A DNA stretch of 64,000 nucleotides from Podarcis melisellensis (Eukaryota): NCBI GenBank assembly GCA_964234715.1, contig OZ174284.1; one strand, written 5' to 3'. This document shows positions 49,241-61,674 of this stretch, one piece after another. Position 1 is the first letter of the stretch. Every line of letters starts with the position of its first letter. The position numbers were made by a program, and so were the translations under genes. The notes below the pieces were generated by a model. The model was not told the origin of the DNA. It searched no databases and was given only the letters and a program-made list of their open reading frames with translations.

Positions 49241-51170
49241 CTTGCTGTTCAGTCTCATGCAATAATACCGAACAGATTGTTATCGTCATCCATACCCTAG
49301 CCTTATACTCTTAAGATCACACATAAGGTAAAAATAGATTAATTATAGGCTCAACAGACGAAAGTGCATGAAACTTTGTGAAACTTCTTTTTTTCCTCCC
49401 TCCCCCCCCCCCCCGGTGCCACTCTCGTGTTTTCCTAGGATTTGGGGTGGTAGGGTATTAAATAGTTTTATATATATTGCACATTGCAGATGTGTTCCTG
49501 AGTTATTCTGCCAGGCTCATCCATCAGGAACTGCATATTATAATTCTGACTCACAAAAAAGATGATAGCAATATGGTTGCAAAATGTTGAGCTATGGCAC
49601 TAAACATTATGGGTCAAGCTAGTGGTGATGCTAAATTCATCACAATGAGGCACTATAAGGGGTTTTTTAAAAAAAAAAAGTTGGAGGCATTGGTCATTGG
49701 GACCGCAGTACATAGAGAGGAGAGACTTAAACTTTCCCTCCCCATCCATGATATCTTCCCACCCTCCAATAAGAGCCCTAAGAGGAATGCTCTCATTTGC
49801 AGTAGCCATTTTCATTTCCCATAATTCCCTTAGGAATTATACTAGATGATGGCAAGCCATTTCCTGCTGCACCTTATTACAACCCTCCTTCATTACCGAT
49901 GAATGGACAAAATTGGATTGGGCTTTGTATGGGCATTGTATGTGGCTTCAAAACACAGATCAAAATGTTGTGGGGAGTAGGGGGCTGTTGCTCTCCTATA
50001 TGGGATGTTGGGGAAATTATTCAGAGCAGACTTGACTGAAGATGAAGGAATCATGTGAAAGCTATGTGGGGCCTGGCACATGGGGCCATTATTGACCATT
50101 TTGGGAAATGACTCTTATATACTGACCCCCTTCATGTACTCCTTGTCCTGCTAATTGCTAAGAGCAAATCTTTCAGCTAAGGTCACAACATTTTTCTAGG
50201 AATTACTTCAATAGACAATTGTTTTTATTGTCAATGTATAGCACCTTGGAATTCAATGGTAACACTGCTGCATGGAATGAAAAAATACTTCTCTAGGTAT
50301 AATTTAAGGAGGACTTTGACTTTACTGGGGTTACAACAATTGGCCCTGTTAAAGAAGAGTGATATGAAATGCCTTTCAGTCTACATCACTGTGGTTCCAC
50401 TATGTTTCACTGTTATTTCGGAATAAGTTTCTAAAGAAAGTACCATGACATGTTAAACAAGGAGATTTCTGGTGCTACATTTCCTCTGACAATTGTAAAC
50501 CTACGACAAAAATGCTTTGGCTCTCATATTGTGATTTGTGACCTTGATTTTGACCTTGATCTTTGCTTGATGTGGGATTGTTTCTTTCTGTGTTTCTCTT
50601 ACGTTGTATGTATTTCTTACTTGCTCATTGCTTAACTTCATGCTTTCCTGTGTTGCGCTTTCTTTTAGCTTGCAGCTGAAACAATTAAACTTTCAGGAAA
50701 GACATAGAAAATATAGTTCCCATCCTGCTCCTCTAATTTTTCTTTCCCACACATTTTTCCAAGGAGCTCAAGATGGCATATATGAAGTTATCCCATCGTA
50801 TTCTCTGTGAGGTAAGTTAGGGTGAATGTGACATGTTCACACTGTGTTTCATCTGAATTAAATGCAGGTTCCCCTCTCCTGGTCTAAATACACTGTTCAC
50901 CCTACTCACACATTGTAGGTGCCATATGTTTTTTTCTGCATAAAATGTTTGAGTGCCTGATATAGCCAAAAGCTGCAAATATCCAGGGAAATTGGTATGC
51001 AATTAAAGAATGTGGGTTTGTGGCCAATTAGCTCATATTTTGTGGTTCACTGGAAAACCCCTAACCTCAGACTGTTTCCTTGTAACTGGGTGATACGGTG
51101 CTTCAAGCAGAATATGTAAAAATGACACAGCTAAGCTTGTGACATGCCTCGAATCCAAAGTTACACTAGC

Positions 51171-52358
51171 TAATTTATAGGTCAGTAGTCCATCCTGTTC
51201 AGCAATCACACTTCATCTGTTTCAAAATTTGTCACAGCTATTCAGAGGGCAATGGCAAGCATGGAGAGTGAAGCAGCGTTGTAGGAAATAGATGGAAGGT
51301 TAAGTCACTACGGACACCATCGTTGCAGAAACAAAGATCAAAATATTCTTTGCTGTACCTTCTAGGCTTGCCAACCTTTTATTTATGATCGCTTTTTATT
51401 TAGATGATTCATAACCTGTTCATTAAAATCAATCCCAGAGCACGGTACAACTTTAAAATGTACAATAAAACAATATTTTAAAAGATCAAACCGCAGCAAT
51501 AATGAATTGAAAGTACACATCAGCACTGAGAATGGCAAAGATGTTGAGCATTTGCAGTTTAGTAGCCCTGCAGAGAGCTTGCTGGGGAGACCATGCATTA
51601 AAAAGGGACTCAAAAATAACTTTAAAAAGGTTTTAAGAACAAAAACAAAAACTCCTTATACACTAAATACATCAACAACAAACCAGACTCAACCACCAAC
51701 CCATCCCCCAGGGTAATGGGAGACATACACAATTTGTGAAATAATAATGAACCTTCACATTTTAAAGTGACCATTCAACAAAAGCACCTCCCTCGAATCA
51801 ACTAACCAACTGCCTGAGTCAATAGAAATGTTTTTACAAGATTTCTAATAACCATCAGGGTTGGTGTCAACTGAATATGTGAAGTGAAGGACATTGATCC
51901 AAGGCTCACATCCCTGTGGAGCCTCATAATATTTGCATAGGATGCTGAAGCAACTACCACCAAGTCACAGAACACCTGCTATCACCATTTATGTTTGATG
52001 GTGGAGGAACTATCTTTTTGTGCATGTCAGTGTTGGGAAATGATGTTGTAGTTCCATTGCTGAGCACATAGAGCTTGGCGCAGTGTGAGGCCAAACAAAC
52101 AGAAGAGTCTCTGAGATATGCTTAGCAGAGTCAGCAAACGAAGTCAAATCCATTTCGAGGGTCACGTAATCAGCAATCCACATAGTCAGACCATCCAGTG
52201 GTCAGGGAATCCAGTGGTCACAAAGTGAAGGGTCCAGCTGGAAAGCACAGAGGAGCAAGGTATGGTAATTTATAGGTCAGTAGTCCATCTTGTTCAGCAA
52301 TCACACTTCATCTGTTTCAAAATTTGTCACAGCTATTCAGAAGGCAAAGGCAAGCATG
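51171..52358. repeat. Dispersed 93-bp direct repeat (51171-51263 and 52266-52358)
   Basis: TAATTTATAGGTCAGTAGTCCATC...GGCAAGCATG occurs twice with about 3 mismatches. Confidence 0.88.
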
Positions 52359-53474
52359 TTTCCAGCATCTGGTTGCTGCTGAGAGCCCTGTTTAAGAAGG
52401 CTGAAGCCAGCTGGTTCTCATCAGTGCCTTCTCCTCTGTGTCCTTGAAGGCTAATCAGCTGCAGGTGGAGTCACTCCCCCTTCTCCCCCTTCAGGCTGCT
52501 GTGTAACAGTGAAGCTGAGTCCTGGCCCGTGGTTCATGATTCTTCAGGTTCAGTCATTGTGGACAGGTATGATCTCATGGTGGTTTGGGGTGGGTGGGAG
52601 GAGACACATAAAAGCTTCCTGCAATTGTGCAATTTAAATTGGACCTGTTTTGTGGGATCCGGTGTGTGTGTGTGTGTTTGTGTTTCATGTGGCACCCCAT
52701 TTCCTCTTGGCCACTCTGTTTTTCTGCTTCCAGCCTTCAAGATTGTTTACCTTTTCCTCTTGTTCTCTCTGTCACTCCACTTTCTGTTTGGCTGCACAGG
52801 TGTCATCTGAGCCTTAGAAAGCATAAATAGCTGACAGAATAAATGGGCACTCTTTCTCTAACATTTTGACGTGGGAAGGAAAAAATAACTCTCTTCGCCA
52901 CCTCATTGTTGAGAAGCTGTAAGTGCAGAGGGGTGGCACAGAGGTTTCTTGGGTGCCAGGGGAAGTTCTCAAGGTTGCCATTGCACCCATAGATACCACA
53001 CTGGCAACCTCAGATTTAGTCTGTAGGGTAAGTCAGGAGTTGTCCCACCCCTAATATCATATGTGATGACAGGTGTGAGGCAGGTAAAGGCATGGCTACC
53101 AACACTCCAGTGTTCTTTTGCAACCGTTTGCTACTGAAACTGAATGGTAGTGTTTTTCAGCCCTTTTTAGCTGATAAATGTTGACAGACATCACATTGAA
53201 GTCCACTTTCAAGCTGTTTCAATGCAAACGTCTTGCAAAGGGACTTCAAAGGCAGTGCCTCTCAGCACCAGGTTTCAAAATTATGTCTCTCAGCACCCCT
53301 GGATGCTGAAAGGCAATGTCTTTGAAGTCTATTTGCAAGCACGTTCAAGTTGTCACCTGGTGTCATTATGATGGCAGGCACTGGATGTGAGTGACCGCAC
53401 CTACCTGTCAAAGTTGTACTATAAGCCAGATTTAGCCCTCTGCTAGCCTGTTTACAGGTCCAGGCAGGTGACAC

Positions 53475-53774
53475 TTAATTCCAGATTCCCCTAATGACCA
53501 CTCCTAATGGTTTCATATCAATGGTAAACAGCACTGGGACAAAATAGGGCCCAGCACAAATGCCAGGAGACCAAAAAGCATACTTCCCAGTGCTGTTTTC
53601 TGCAAACAACCCTACAGTAGTGTCGGAACCACCATAAAATAGTGTTCTAACACCCAGCCCACATAGCAGGAGCAGGGGGTCCCCATGGTCAATGGTATCA
53701 AAAGGAAGGAAGCTCACATTCCCCTTGTCCCTTTCCTGACAAAGATCATCTGCTAGGGTGACCGCAATAACCAA
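53475..53774 (-). mobile_element. L2-type LINE RT fragment
   Basis: Translation LADDL..ERDKG..FDTIDHG...P.LF.I.MKPLG.VIR matches L2/CR1-group RT motifs. Confidence 0.65.
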
Positions 53775-53887
53775 GTTATTGTGACTTTTATATTGGATTA
53801 ATTAATGTTTGATGTTTTATTATGTTTTTATGTGTTGGTGGCTGGGGCAACCCGGCCAGATGGGCGGGGTATAAATATAATCATCAT

Positions 53888-54033
53888 CAGTGCTTTTTTT
53901 CTAAAAAATATTTTAGGGGTACTCTCATTTTCCTACTCATATTGAAATACTACCCCTCAATGAGGCCAAACTTAGATTCACAAAATGTTTAGGGGTATGC
54001 GTATCCCTGCGTCCCCCCCAGAAAAAAGCACTG
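53888..54033. mobile_element. Short MITE inserted in the tail of an L2 3' fragment (53790-53887)
   Basis: TIRs CAGTGCTTTTTT / AAAAAAGCACTG. Confidence 0.6.
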
Positions 54034-54057
54034 ATGATGATGATTGTTGTCGTCGTC

Positions 54058-54098
<41 letters not shown>

Positions 54099-54792
54099 AC
54101 AAGGCTGATTTGGTCCCAGAACTAAGTCTACCCCTTTGACACATTACTTATTACAAGATGCTTTGATAAATGTAGTTTGATAGTTTAAACATAAGTCACC
54201 AAAGCATCCTTTCAGGACGTATTTGTTTAGTTTATTGATATTCTTGTATCTGAAGCACCCTTTATTTGTATCTGGCTGAGGACAATGAAATCAATTTGCT
54301 CTGGAATGTCACTTTGTCAGCCTGCATTACTTTCGCTGGCTATCTGCCTATATGCCTTCCTGTCTAAGGGCATCAGAACCCTTCTATTCTCTGCATAATG
54401 AGAATCTGTCTCTTGATATTAATACCCCTACTGGCTTTGGGTGATAAAATGTGTCACGGGGACACAACTCTCATGATGCGGGTAAGGAAAACAGGAAAAC
54501 CTGTTACTGAGAGGGACACCCAAATACAGATTTGGTGCTACTGACAGCCTGATCCTATGTATGCAGGATGATAATGTAACGATTATAATAAATAGGGCTT
54601 TTTAGTATTTACAGGATGTACAGGATTGAAAACACTACGAGCTATTTATTTATTTATTTGCACATACCAACATGCTTGCATATATGCACATAACCTGCTC
54701 ATTACTAAATGGTTCTGGGGTGAATTACATAAAACATCACAATTTAAAACAACATGCCATTCATTCAAACCATTAAAGTAGCTTCACATATA

Positions 54793-55012
54793 CAGTGGTA
54801 CCTTGGTTCTCGAATGTGATCCATTTGACCTCCAAAACATTCGAAAACCAAAGTGTGGCTTCTGATTGGCTCAGGTGCCCCAGAAACAATAGCCAACAGG
54901 AAGTCTGGCTTCCGAAAAACATTAGAAAACCGGAACACTTACTTCCGTGTTTTCGGTGTTCAGGAGTCGGAATGTTCAAGTACCAAGGCATTCGAGAACC
55001 AAGGTTCCACTG
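54793..55012. mobile_element. Tc1/mariner (Tigger-like) MITE
   Basis: TA|CAGTGGTACCTTGGTTCTCGAA ... TTCGAGAACCAAGGTTCCACTG|TA. Confidence 0.85.
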
Positions 55013-55262
55013 TAGTATTAAGTAATTTTGATCTTACTGTAACCCTGTAAAGCAGTTCTTGTTGTCCCTACAATGCAGGCAGGCGGCTGAGAGACACAGT
55101 TGCACAATGGAATGTTGAGATGAAGTGGATCCTAAGGTTCTGGCCCCAGGAAATATGAAGGGCTCCTTGGTTTTCCATAAGTTCTGGGCAATATCTAAAT
55201 TTTGTGTAGTTTCAAGATATCTTTGAGGGTGTCTATTTTTGTTTGTATCAGTTGTGTATTAG

Positions 55263-55940
55263 TGTCATGAACTGGCAGCACAATGGGGAGGAGGAAGAGG
55301 GTACCGGCGAGGGGTGTAACCGGGACTGGGACACACTGGGACAAGCTGGGGATGGGGGAGGAAGTACTCACAGGATGACAGAGGATGGCAAAGGGATGGG
55401 GCTCAGTGAACAGAAACCAGAGCAACAGGACCCATCACCAGAGTTCTGAGTCATAGGGAGAAGTGGAAGTGGGGCTCCAGGAGGGTGAGGCAGGCAGGGG
55501 CCCACAGTCCAGCTCCCTAGCTGGCCAAGTGGGGCTCACTAGCTCAGGGAGGAGGCGTGTGATTCCTGAGCTGCAGTAGGCTCAGAACAGGTGAGGGTCA
55601 CCTGCCTCATCAAGCCCAGATGGCCAAGTACAAAAGGGGAGCAGAGCTAAGGTGTTGTGTCTGCTCAACTGCCCATGTTGATGGACCTTGGCTTGGATGC
55701 TCCTAGACATTTATGGGACTGTGCTTTGGGTTTAACTCTGGAGTGTATGCTGACTGCTGAACTTCAGACTTGGCTTACTTGGATTGACCTTCGACTGCAT
55801 TTCCTGACCTTTAGACTTAGAAATTTGCTTGCATGGATTGACCCCCAGACTTTGAACTCTGGATATGACTTACTGACTTGCCACCAAGTAGGCCTGGGGC
55901 TCAAAACACCTAACCCAACTAATGTTGGGCTCTGATGACA
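55263..55940. mobile_element. Solo LTR (Gypsy-like)
   Basis: Termini TGTCAT...ATGACA; flanks TTAG/GTAG (3 of 4 match as TSD); purine-rich 5' part and GACT-rich 3' part. Confidence 0.6.
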
Positions 55941-58369
55941 GTAGGGCCAAAAAGAAGCTGGGAAGGGGAATCCAGAATCAGAAGAATCTTTATTTGCATT
56001 GGCCACTAGCAATAATAATAATAATAATAATAAAATACAATGTACTTAAGATAGAGGTAAGAACTTAACTATACAAAATACATTCTGGAGGTTTACATCA
56101 AGAAGCTGGGAAGGGGAATCCAAAAGTCTTCTAGACACATATTTCAGAAAAGGAGAAATAGAGCATAAACTCCTAGAAACTTTTTGTTAAATGAACACAG
56201 TTGAAACTAGTCAGATTTACTTCTTGTTCCTATTCACTATAATGGGGCTGTGCAAAATGTGTACATTTTTATGGTAAGGAAGATAATTTTTATACACAAT
56301 AAATTCTACTGGCTTGTTATGAAGGTCTTCAACTGCCCAACTGATTTGTTTCCTAGAGAGGATCTCAACAGCTAAGGGTTCATTAATTTTCTGTGTACAT
56401 TTTCTGTTTCAAGCAAATGTTAAATAATTACTCATGCGTGTGAATAATTTACAAATGATTTTGAAACTGACACAGAATTAATAATACAATAGGTGGCCCA
56501 AGTTATTCCTATTGATCACACAAATGTAATCTGGCGTTCCTCACAGCAAATTTCATTCCGAGGGCAAGAGCTACAGATCATGGTAATCTGTAGGGTCACC
56601 AAGAGAACTAGTTTCGCCTTATGTTAACCATCTCCAACAGCACAGATCAGGGAATTAGGATTGCATTGTAACACGGGTGCTCCACACTGACACTGGAATC
56701 AATAAGTGCTCCTAAAAATAATGTAACCATATTTCCCACAATGAATATTGTAGGAGTGAACAGGGTTGGTGGTGCCATACTTTGCTGGCTACAAAATAAT
56801 AAATTTAAAGTGATTAGAAAATGCAAAATCTCAGAGAATCAGCTTCTAGAACACCAGCTTGGCCACTATTCTTACAAGTTTTCATACTTCCAAGGCATTT
56901 CATCTGCCTTATGATCTGCAAGCGCTGATCACTCTTATCCACACACCCTGATGTTTTAAATGCTGTTGGAATAGATATAAGGAACATATAGGTCCTGTGG
57001 GATGAGGCCCTGGCCTATCTAGTCCAGCAATCTGTTCTTTCATTGGCTAACCGGACTCATCTGGGAAACCCATAAGCAGAACCTGAGTACAAGAGCACTC
57101 TCCCCATTTTAGATTCCTCCCAAATGATATTCATAAGTATGCTGTCTCTGGCAGTAGAAGTGGACCATGGCTATCATGGCCAGTGGCCACTGATTTGCAC
57201 ATCTCATCCCTAATGTATGACTGTAGATCTTGGGATATGATGGGTTGAATTTTTGGTTCAAAAGTCCATACCCTCAGTGTTCAAGCTGTTGAAGGCTTAC
57301 TTATACATTTGCCGATTTCAGCAATCCTATTAACAAGCATGCCATTTTTGTACAAATATAGTACTAGAAAACTATTTTTTTTTAAAAAAAAATGTCATGA
57401 AACCAACAGTCATAGGGCAACTTTGCACATGCTAAATATCTACCATTTTTATTCTATGCACAGCCTTTCCCACCATCTGTGTCCACAAAAGCTGGTTAGA
57501 AGAGCACTTAATTGTTTCTATCAGCGTCTATTATTGATCCAGAATCAAGGGGAAAGCATTTAAGCATTTCCTTTGTAAGAAATCAAATGTCCAGAAGCAA
57601 AACTGGTTTCTTAGCTGTATCAGAATATACCCAGTGGGAATTTTTCTACCATTACCACTGAAAAATTCATTCCACCTCATGCAGCATATACGTGCTACAG
57701 AGGGGAACGGGACACATTAAACAGCTCAGGACAATATCCTGCCCAGAAGGAGACTCACATCATTGCCAAGGAATAAGACCTTCCCATCTTTAGCAACACA
57801 CACACACACACACACACAAAATCCCCTTCATAGAAATAATGTGTTCATCACGAACCTTTTACAACTTCGAACCAATAAAATAACATTTAGGGCAATAATA
57901 TATTGAGAGAAATATTATTACTCTCAAGTGGGAAGAGTAATTAAAGTCTTAAAAATAGCAATCCTTCCCAGTAATTATTTTGGGCCTCTGGGTATACATG
58001 ATCCACCAGAGAAAATCTGCACACACTGAGGGGTGATATGTTGCCAAGGGAGACTCCTTTGTTGCTGTGGCAACCACCTAAACAGAGCAATGCTGGGCAG
58101 GCACAATCTGTAGCAACATATTTCTAATTTTCTCTTTCTAAGCACTATATATATAGAAGATAAGGGAGATTCTGGAGCCTAGTGGCTATGTAGTGTTTTG
58201 CTAGAATATCCTGTTTAGGATAACTGAGCAAGATGATGTGATGGCCCCTCCACCTGGATGCCACAATTCAGGCCGCTGTTAGAGCACAAAGCACCCATTT
58301 ATATTGGCCTTTGGCAGCTAGGGTGCTTTGCCCACCTCTTTTGATTAATTTATACATATCTGTTGTTGT

Positions 58370-59315
58370 TTTTTATAAGATATTTATTAAAGATTTTCTT
58401 AATACAATAACAGAAAACAAACAAAGTAACATATAACATTATAATAACCATGTTTTCTTCACTTCTTTGGACTTCCTCGCATCTCTCGTTCCTGCGTTCC
58501 AAGTTTATCAAACTTTAACCAGCAATTTATCACCTTGTTTCAATTCTTGTTTTATAATTTTCCAATATTGTGTCCCTAATTTTAGATATTTTTACCCAAA
58601 CCTTAAAAGCTTAATTTTAACATAATATTTATCCAAAATTTATCTTTTCTTAGATTTTCACTTATCTTCATATTCCTTTCAACTAATTTAATGGTGCCAT
58701 ATTATTTATAATCTTACATCTTTCTTAACACCCATACAATTTACAATATTTTTGTAAATAGTCCTTAAATTTCTTCTAGTCCTCCTCCACTGCCTCTTCT
58801 CCTAGGTCTCGGATTCTGCCGGTCATTTCTGCTAGTTCCATATAGTCTATCAGTTGCATCTGCCATTCTTCCAGTGTGGGCAAATCTTGGGTTTTCCAGT
58901 GCTTGGCGACAAGTATCCTTGCTGCTGTTGTTGCGTACATAAAAAATGTTTGGTTCTTCTTTAACACCCTCTGGCCAACAATGCCTAAAAGAAAGGCCTC
59001 TGGTTTCTTAGGGAAGGTATACTTAAATACCTTTTTCAATTCATTGTATATCATTTCCCAGAAAGCCTTAACTCTAGGGCAGGTCCACCAGAGGTGAAAG
59101 AACGTTCCTTCAGTTTCTTTACATTTCCAACATTTATTGTCAGGCAAATGATATATTTTTGCAAGCTTGACTGGAGTCATGTACCACCTATATATCATTT
59201 TCATAATATTTTCTTTCAAGGCATTACATGCCGTGAATTTCAGACCGGTGGTCCATAACCTTTCCCAGTCAGCAAACATGATATTGTACCCAATGTCCTG
59301 TAATTTATACATATC
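58370..59315 (-). mobile_element. 5'-truncated L1-clade LINE (ORF2 C-terminus plus 3' UTR)
   Basis: The 178-aa minus ORF has KMIYRWYMTP and the CCHC knuckle CWKC..TEGTFFHLWWTC; the A-rich tail with AATAAA lies on the minus strand near 58385. Confidence 0.85.
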
Positions 59316-61459
59316 TATTCCATTTGGAGCAGCTTACTATATTTTATTATTGTAATGATTCTATCCATTTCTATAACTGTCGTTTTGTATTGCAGTAACC
59401 TGCCTTGGGACCTTGCAGTGAAGAGAAATGGGGGGGGGGGAATATTAAAAATAAATAAATTCATACATAGTTAATCCAGGAAAAGCTCATATATTGTGCC
59501 AGTGCATTATACTTGGCTATCTTCCCAGATGATGATAACATAGTCATATCAAGGCATACAAACTAGACCTCCCACAAATACTCATTTGATCAGTGCAATT
59601 ATCCAAGAAACATTCATTGCTTATGCTTAACTTTACTGAAATAATTGGGATGGAGCTTAATGTGCAAGGACAGGATCTGACATTAGGTGTGATGGTGTGC
59701 AGTTGTTGGCCTCCCATAGTTCCAGCACATGCTATTCTGATAGCAGGGAAATGTGCCTGGTGGTGACAACACAGTCAGTGAATTAGCCAGTTGAAAGCCA
59801 CGCCATTAATAAACTTTAAAATCAAGGGGGCTACCTCTTTGTTTCATTCAGTTGTTTCAACTATTTGTAGCCACTGGTTGCATGCTCTTTCCATGCTGGG
59901 GGGAAAGTCGGGATCTAAATATAATTATATAATTAGAACCCCCCATGCACACACATATAGTCAAAAAAGAGCAGTGGCAGCTGACTAAAAGCATATCTAA
60001 CACCTTAGTTTAGGATTTTTTCCAGACAAACTCAGTACCAAGCCTGTTGTGATCAAAATAGTTGCTTCCCCTACTTGGGGGTGGTTAGCAGTTGTGGCCC
60101 GTCACGGGCTTCCCCTCCGTTCCTAGTGGGGAGAAATCCTATATTCATGGCAAGCTGTTGGGTTTCCCCTGGCCAGTCACTTTGGACAGCGGGACAGCCT
60201 GCCAACTCTGAAAATTTGAACTGCCCAATCAGGGGCAGGCAGGGAGGTGGAGCCTAGGTGGTGAACCAGAGTCGAGAAGTCTTCAATCTGGTCCACCACC
60301 TGGGAATAAAAGCCAGCTGCACCTGAGTCTCAATACTCAACACTCAGCCTGTGGTGATCAAAACACATCCCCTTATTATTGTCAAATATGAAGAATACAT
60401 AAAGACTTTTCAGGTGTTCCCTCATATGATTTACAGTTATGCTCCCTGTGAGGTTGTGAGGGTCAGGTTTGTTGAGAGCTGTGCCTGACACACACACACA
60501 CACACACACCAGCCACAGGGTGAGTGTGTTGGTGGAGAGATGTGGAGTTGTATTACCCCAGGTGTTTTGCGGAAGTGAGAATTGGGTGGATGGACTGATG
60601 TGATGGGTACAAGGAGAGTCTGATTGTTGAATGAGTGGGTGTGACAATACGGTTCTTGAATTCCTGATATGCCGTTTTTTGGTATATAAGTCAAAACACG
60701 TGAGTAGTGCTGTGCTGTGATGTGTGGGCCCCTCTGCCCCATTGCGTCCCCTTGCCAGCTTTGCCCCCTGTACACCAACACACTGGGGTAATATCTGCAA
60801 TTGAGAAGCTCTCTTCATGATCTTGAACCCTACACAATCAGAGTCCCAGAGAGACCCTACGTCTCTCTTTGCCTGGATGGAAGTGAGTGGGGCTGGCAGT
60901 AGACATGTCAGTGGGACTGGGCCCCATCAGGCAACCAGTGTAGTCCAGCTCAGTTATCCTCAATGTGTGATTGCAAATTGGATGAGGGAACTCGCCTAAG
61001 GAGGACTTCAGATTTTCTTAATTTGTAGCACTTCTCGCAACCTCAGATCAGAACAGTGTTTTTAAAACTAAAAACGCACATTTTTCTCATTTAAATTCCA
61101 TGTCTCCCTCATCTCTCCTCCTTTGATTTTCCTTATGTCCTTCCCTTTCCTTCTGCACCGCCAAAGAAAATCTGTTCAAAGGCCGTCCATTGCTAGAGGG
61201 AGATTCACAGCAGTACATCACAGCAACTGTCATCTGATATGTGAGGCAGGCAGAAACCACTTCAAATTAACAGAATATGATGGTTTAGTTTGCAAGACTG
61301 GGGGTGGAGGTGGGGGTGGGAATGTTCCCACAAAATGCAACTGAAGTGTTACGCTTTGTGAATGATCACACAGTAATAATGATAAAATGATGGTGTCAAG
61401 AGCAAACACATATGTTGTAAGGTGACTCTCATTTCTTTCCCATGTTTCAAAGTTATATA

Positions 61460-61674
61460 CAGTGGTACTTCGGGTTAAGAACTTAATTCGTTCTAGAGAT
61501 CTGTTCTTAACCTGAAACTGTTCTTAACCTGAGGCACCACTTTAGCTAATGGGGCCTCCTGCTGCCGCTGTGTGATTTCTGTTCTCATCTTGAAGCAAAG
61601 TTCTTAACCTGGGGTACTATTTCTGGGTTAGTGGAGTCTGTAACCTGAAGCGTCTGTAACCCGAGGTACCACTG
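61460..61674. mobile_element. Tc1/mariner (Tigger-like) MITE
   Basis: TA|CAGTGGTACTTCGGGTTA ... TAACCCGAGGTACCACTG|TA; paralogous to 41641-41848. Confidence 0.85.

Noticed and set aside
60330-60818. 162-aa minus-strand ORF
   Set aside because: Spans a CA microsatellite and repeat-like DNA; no domain signature.
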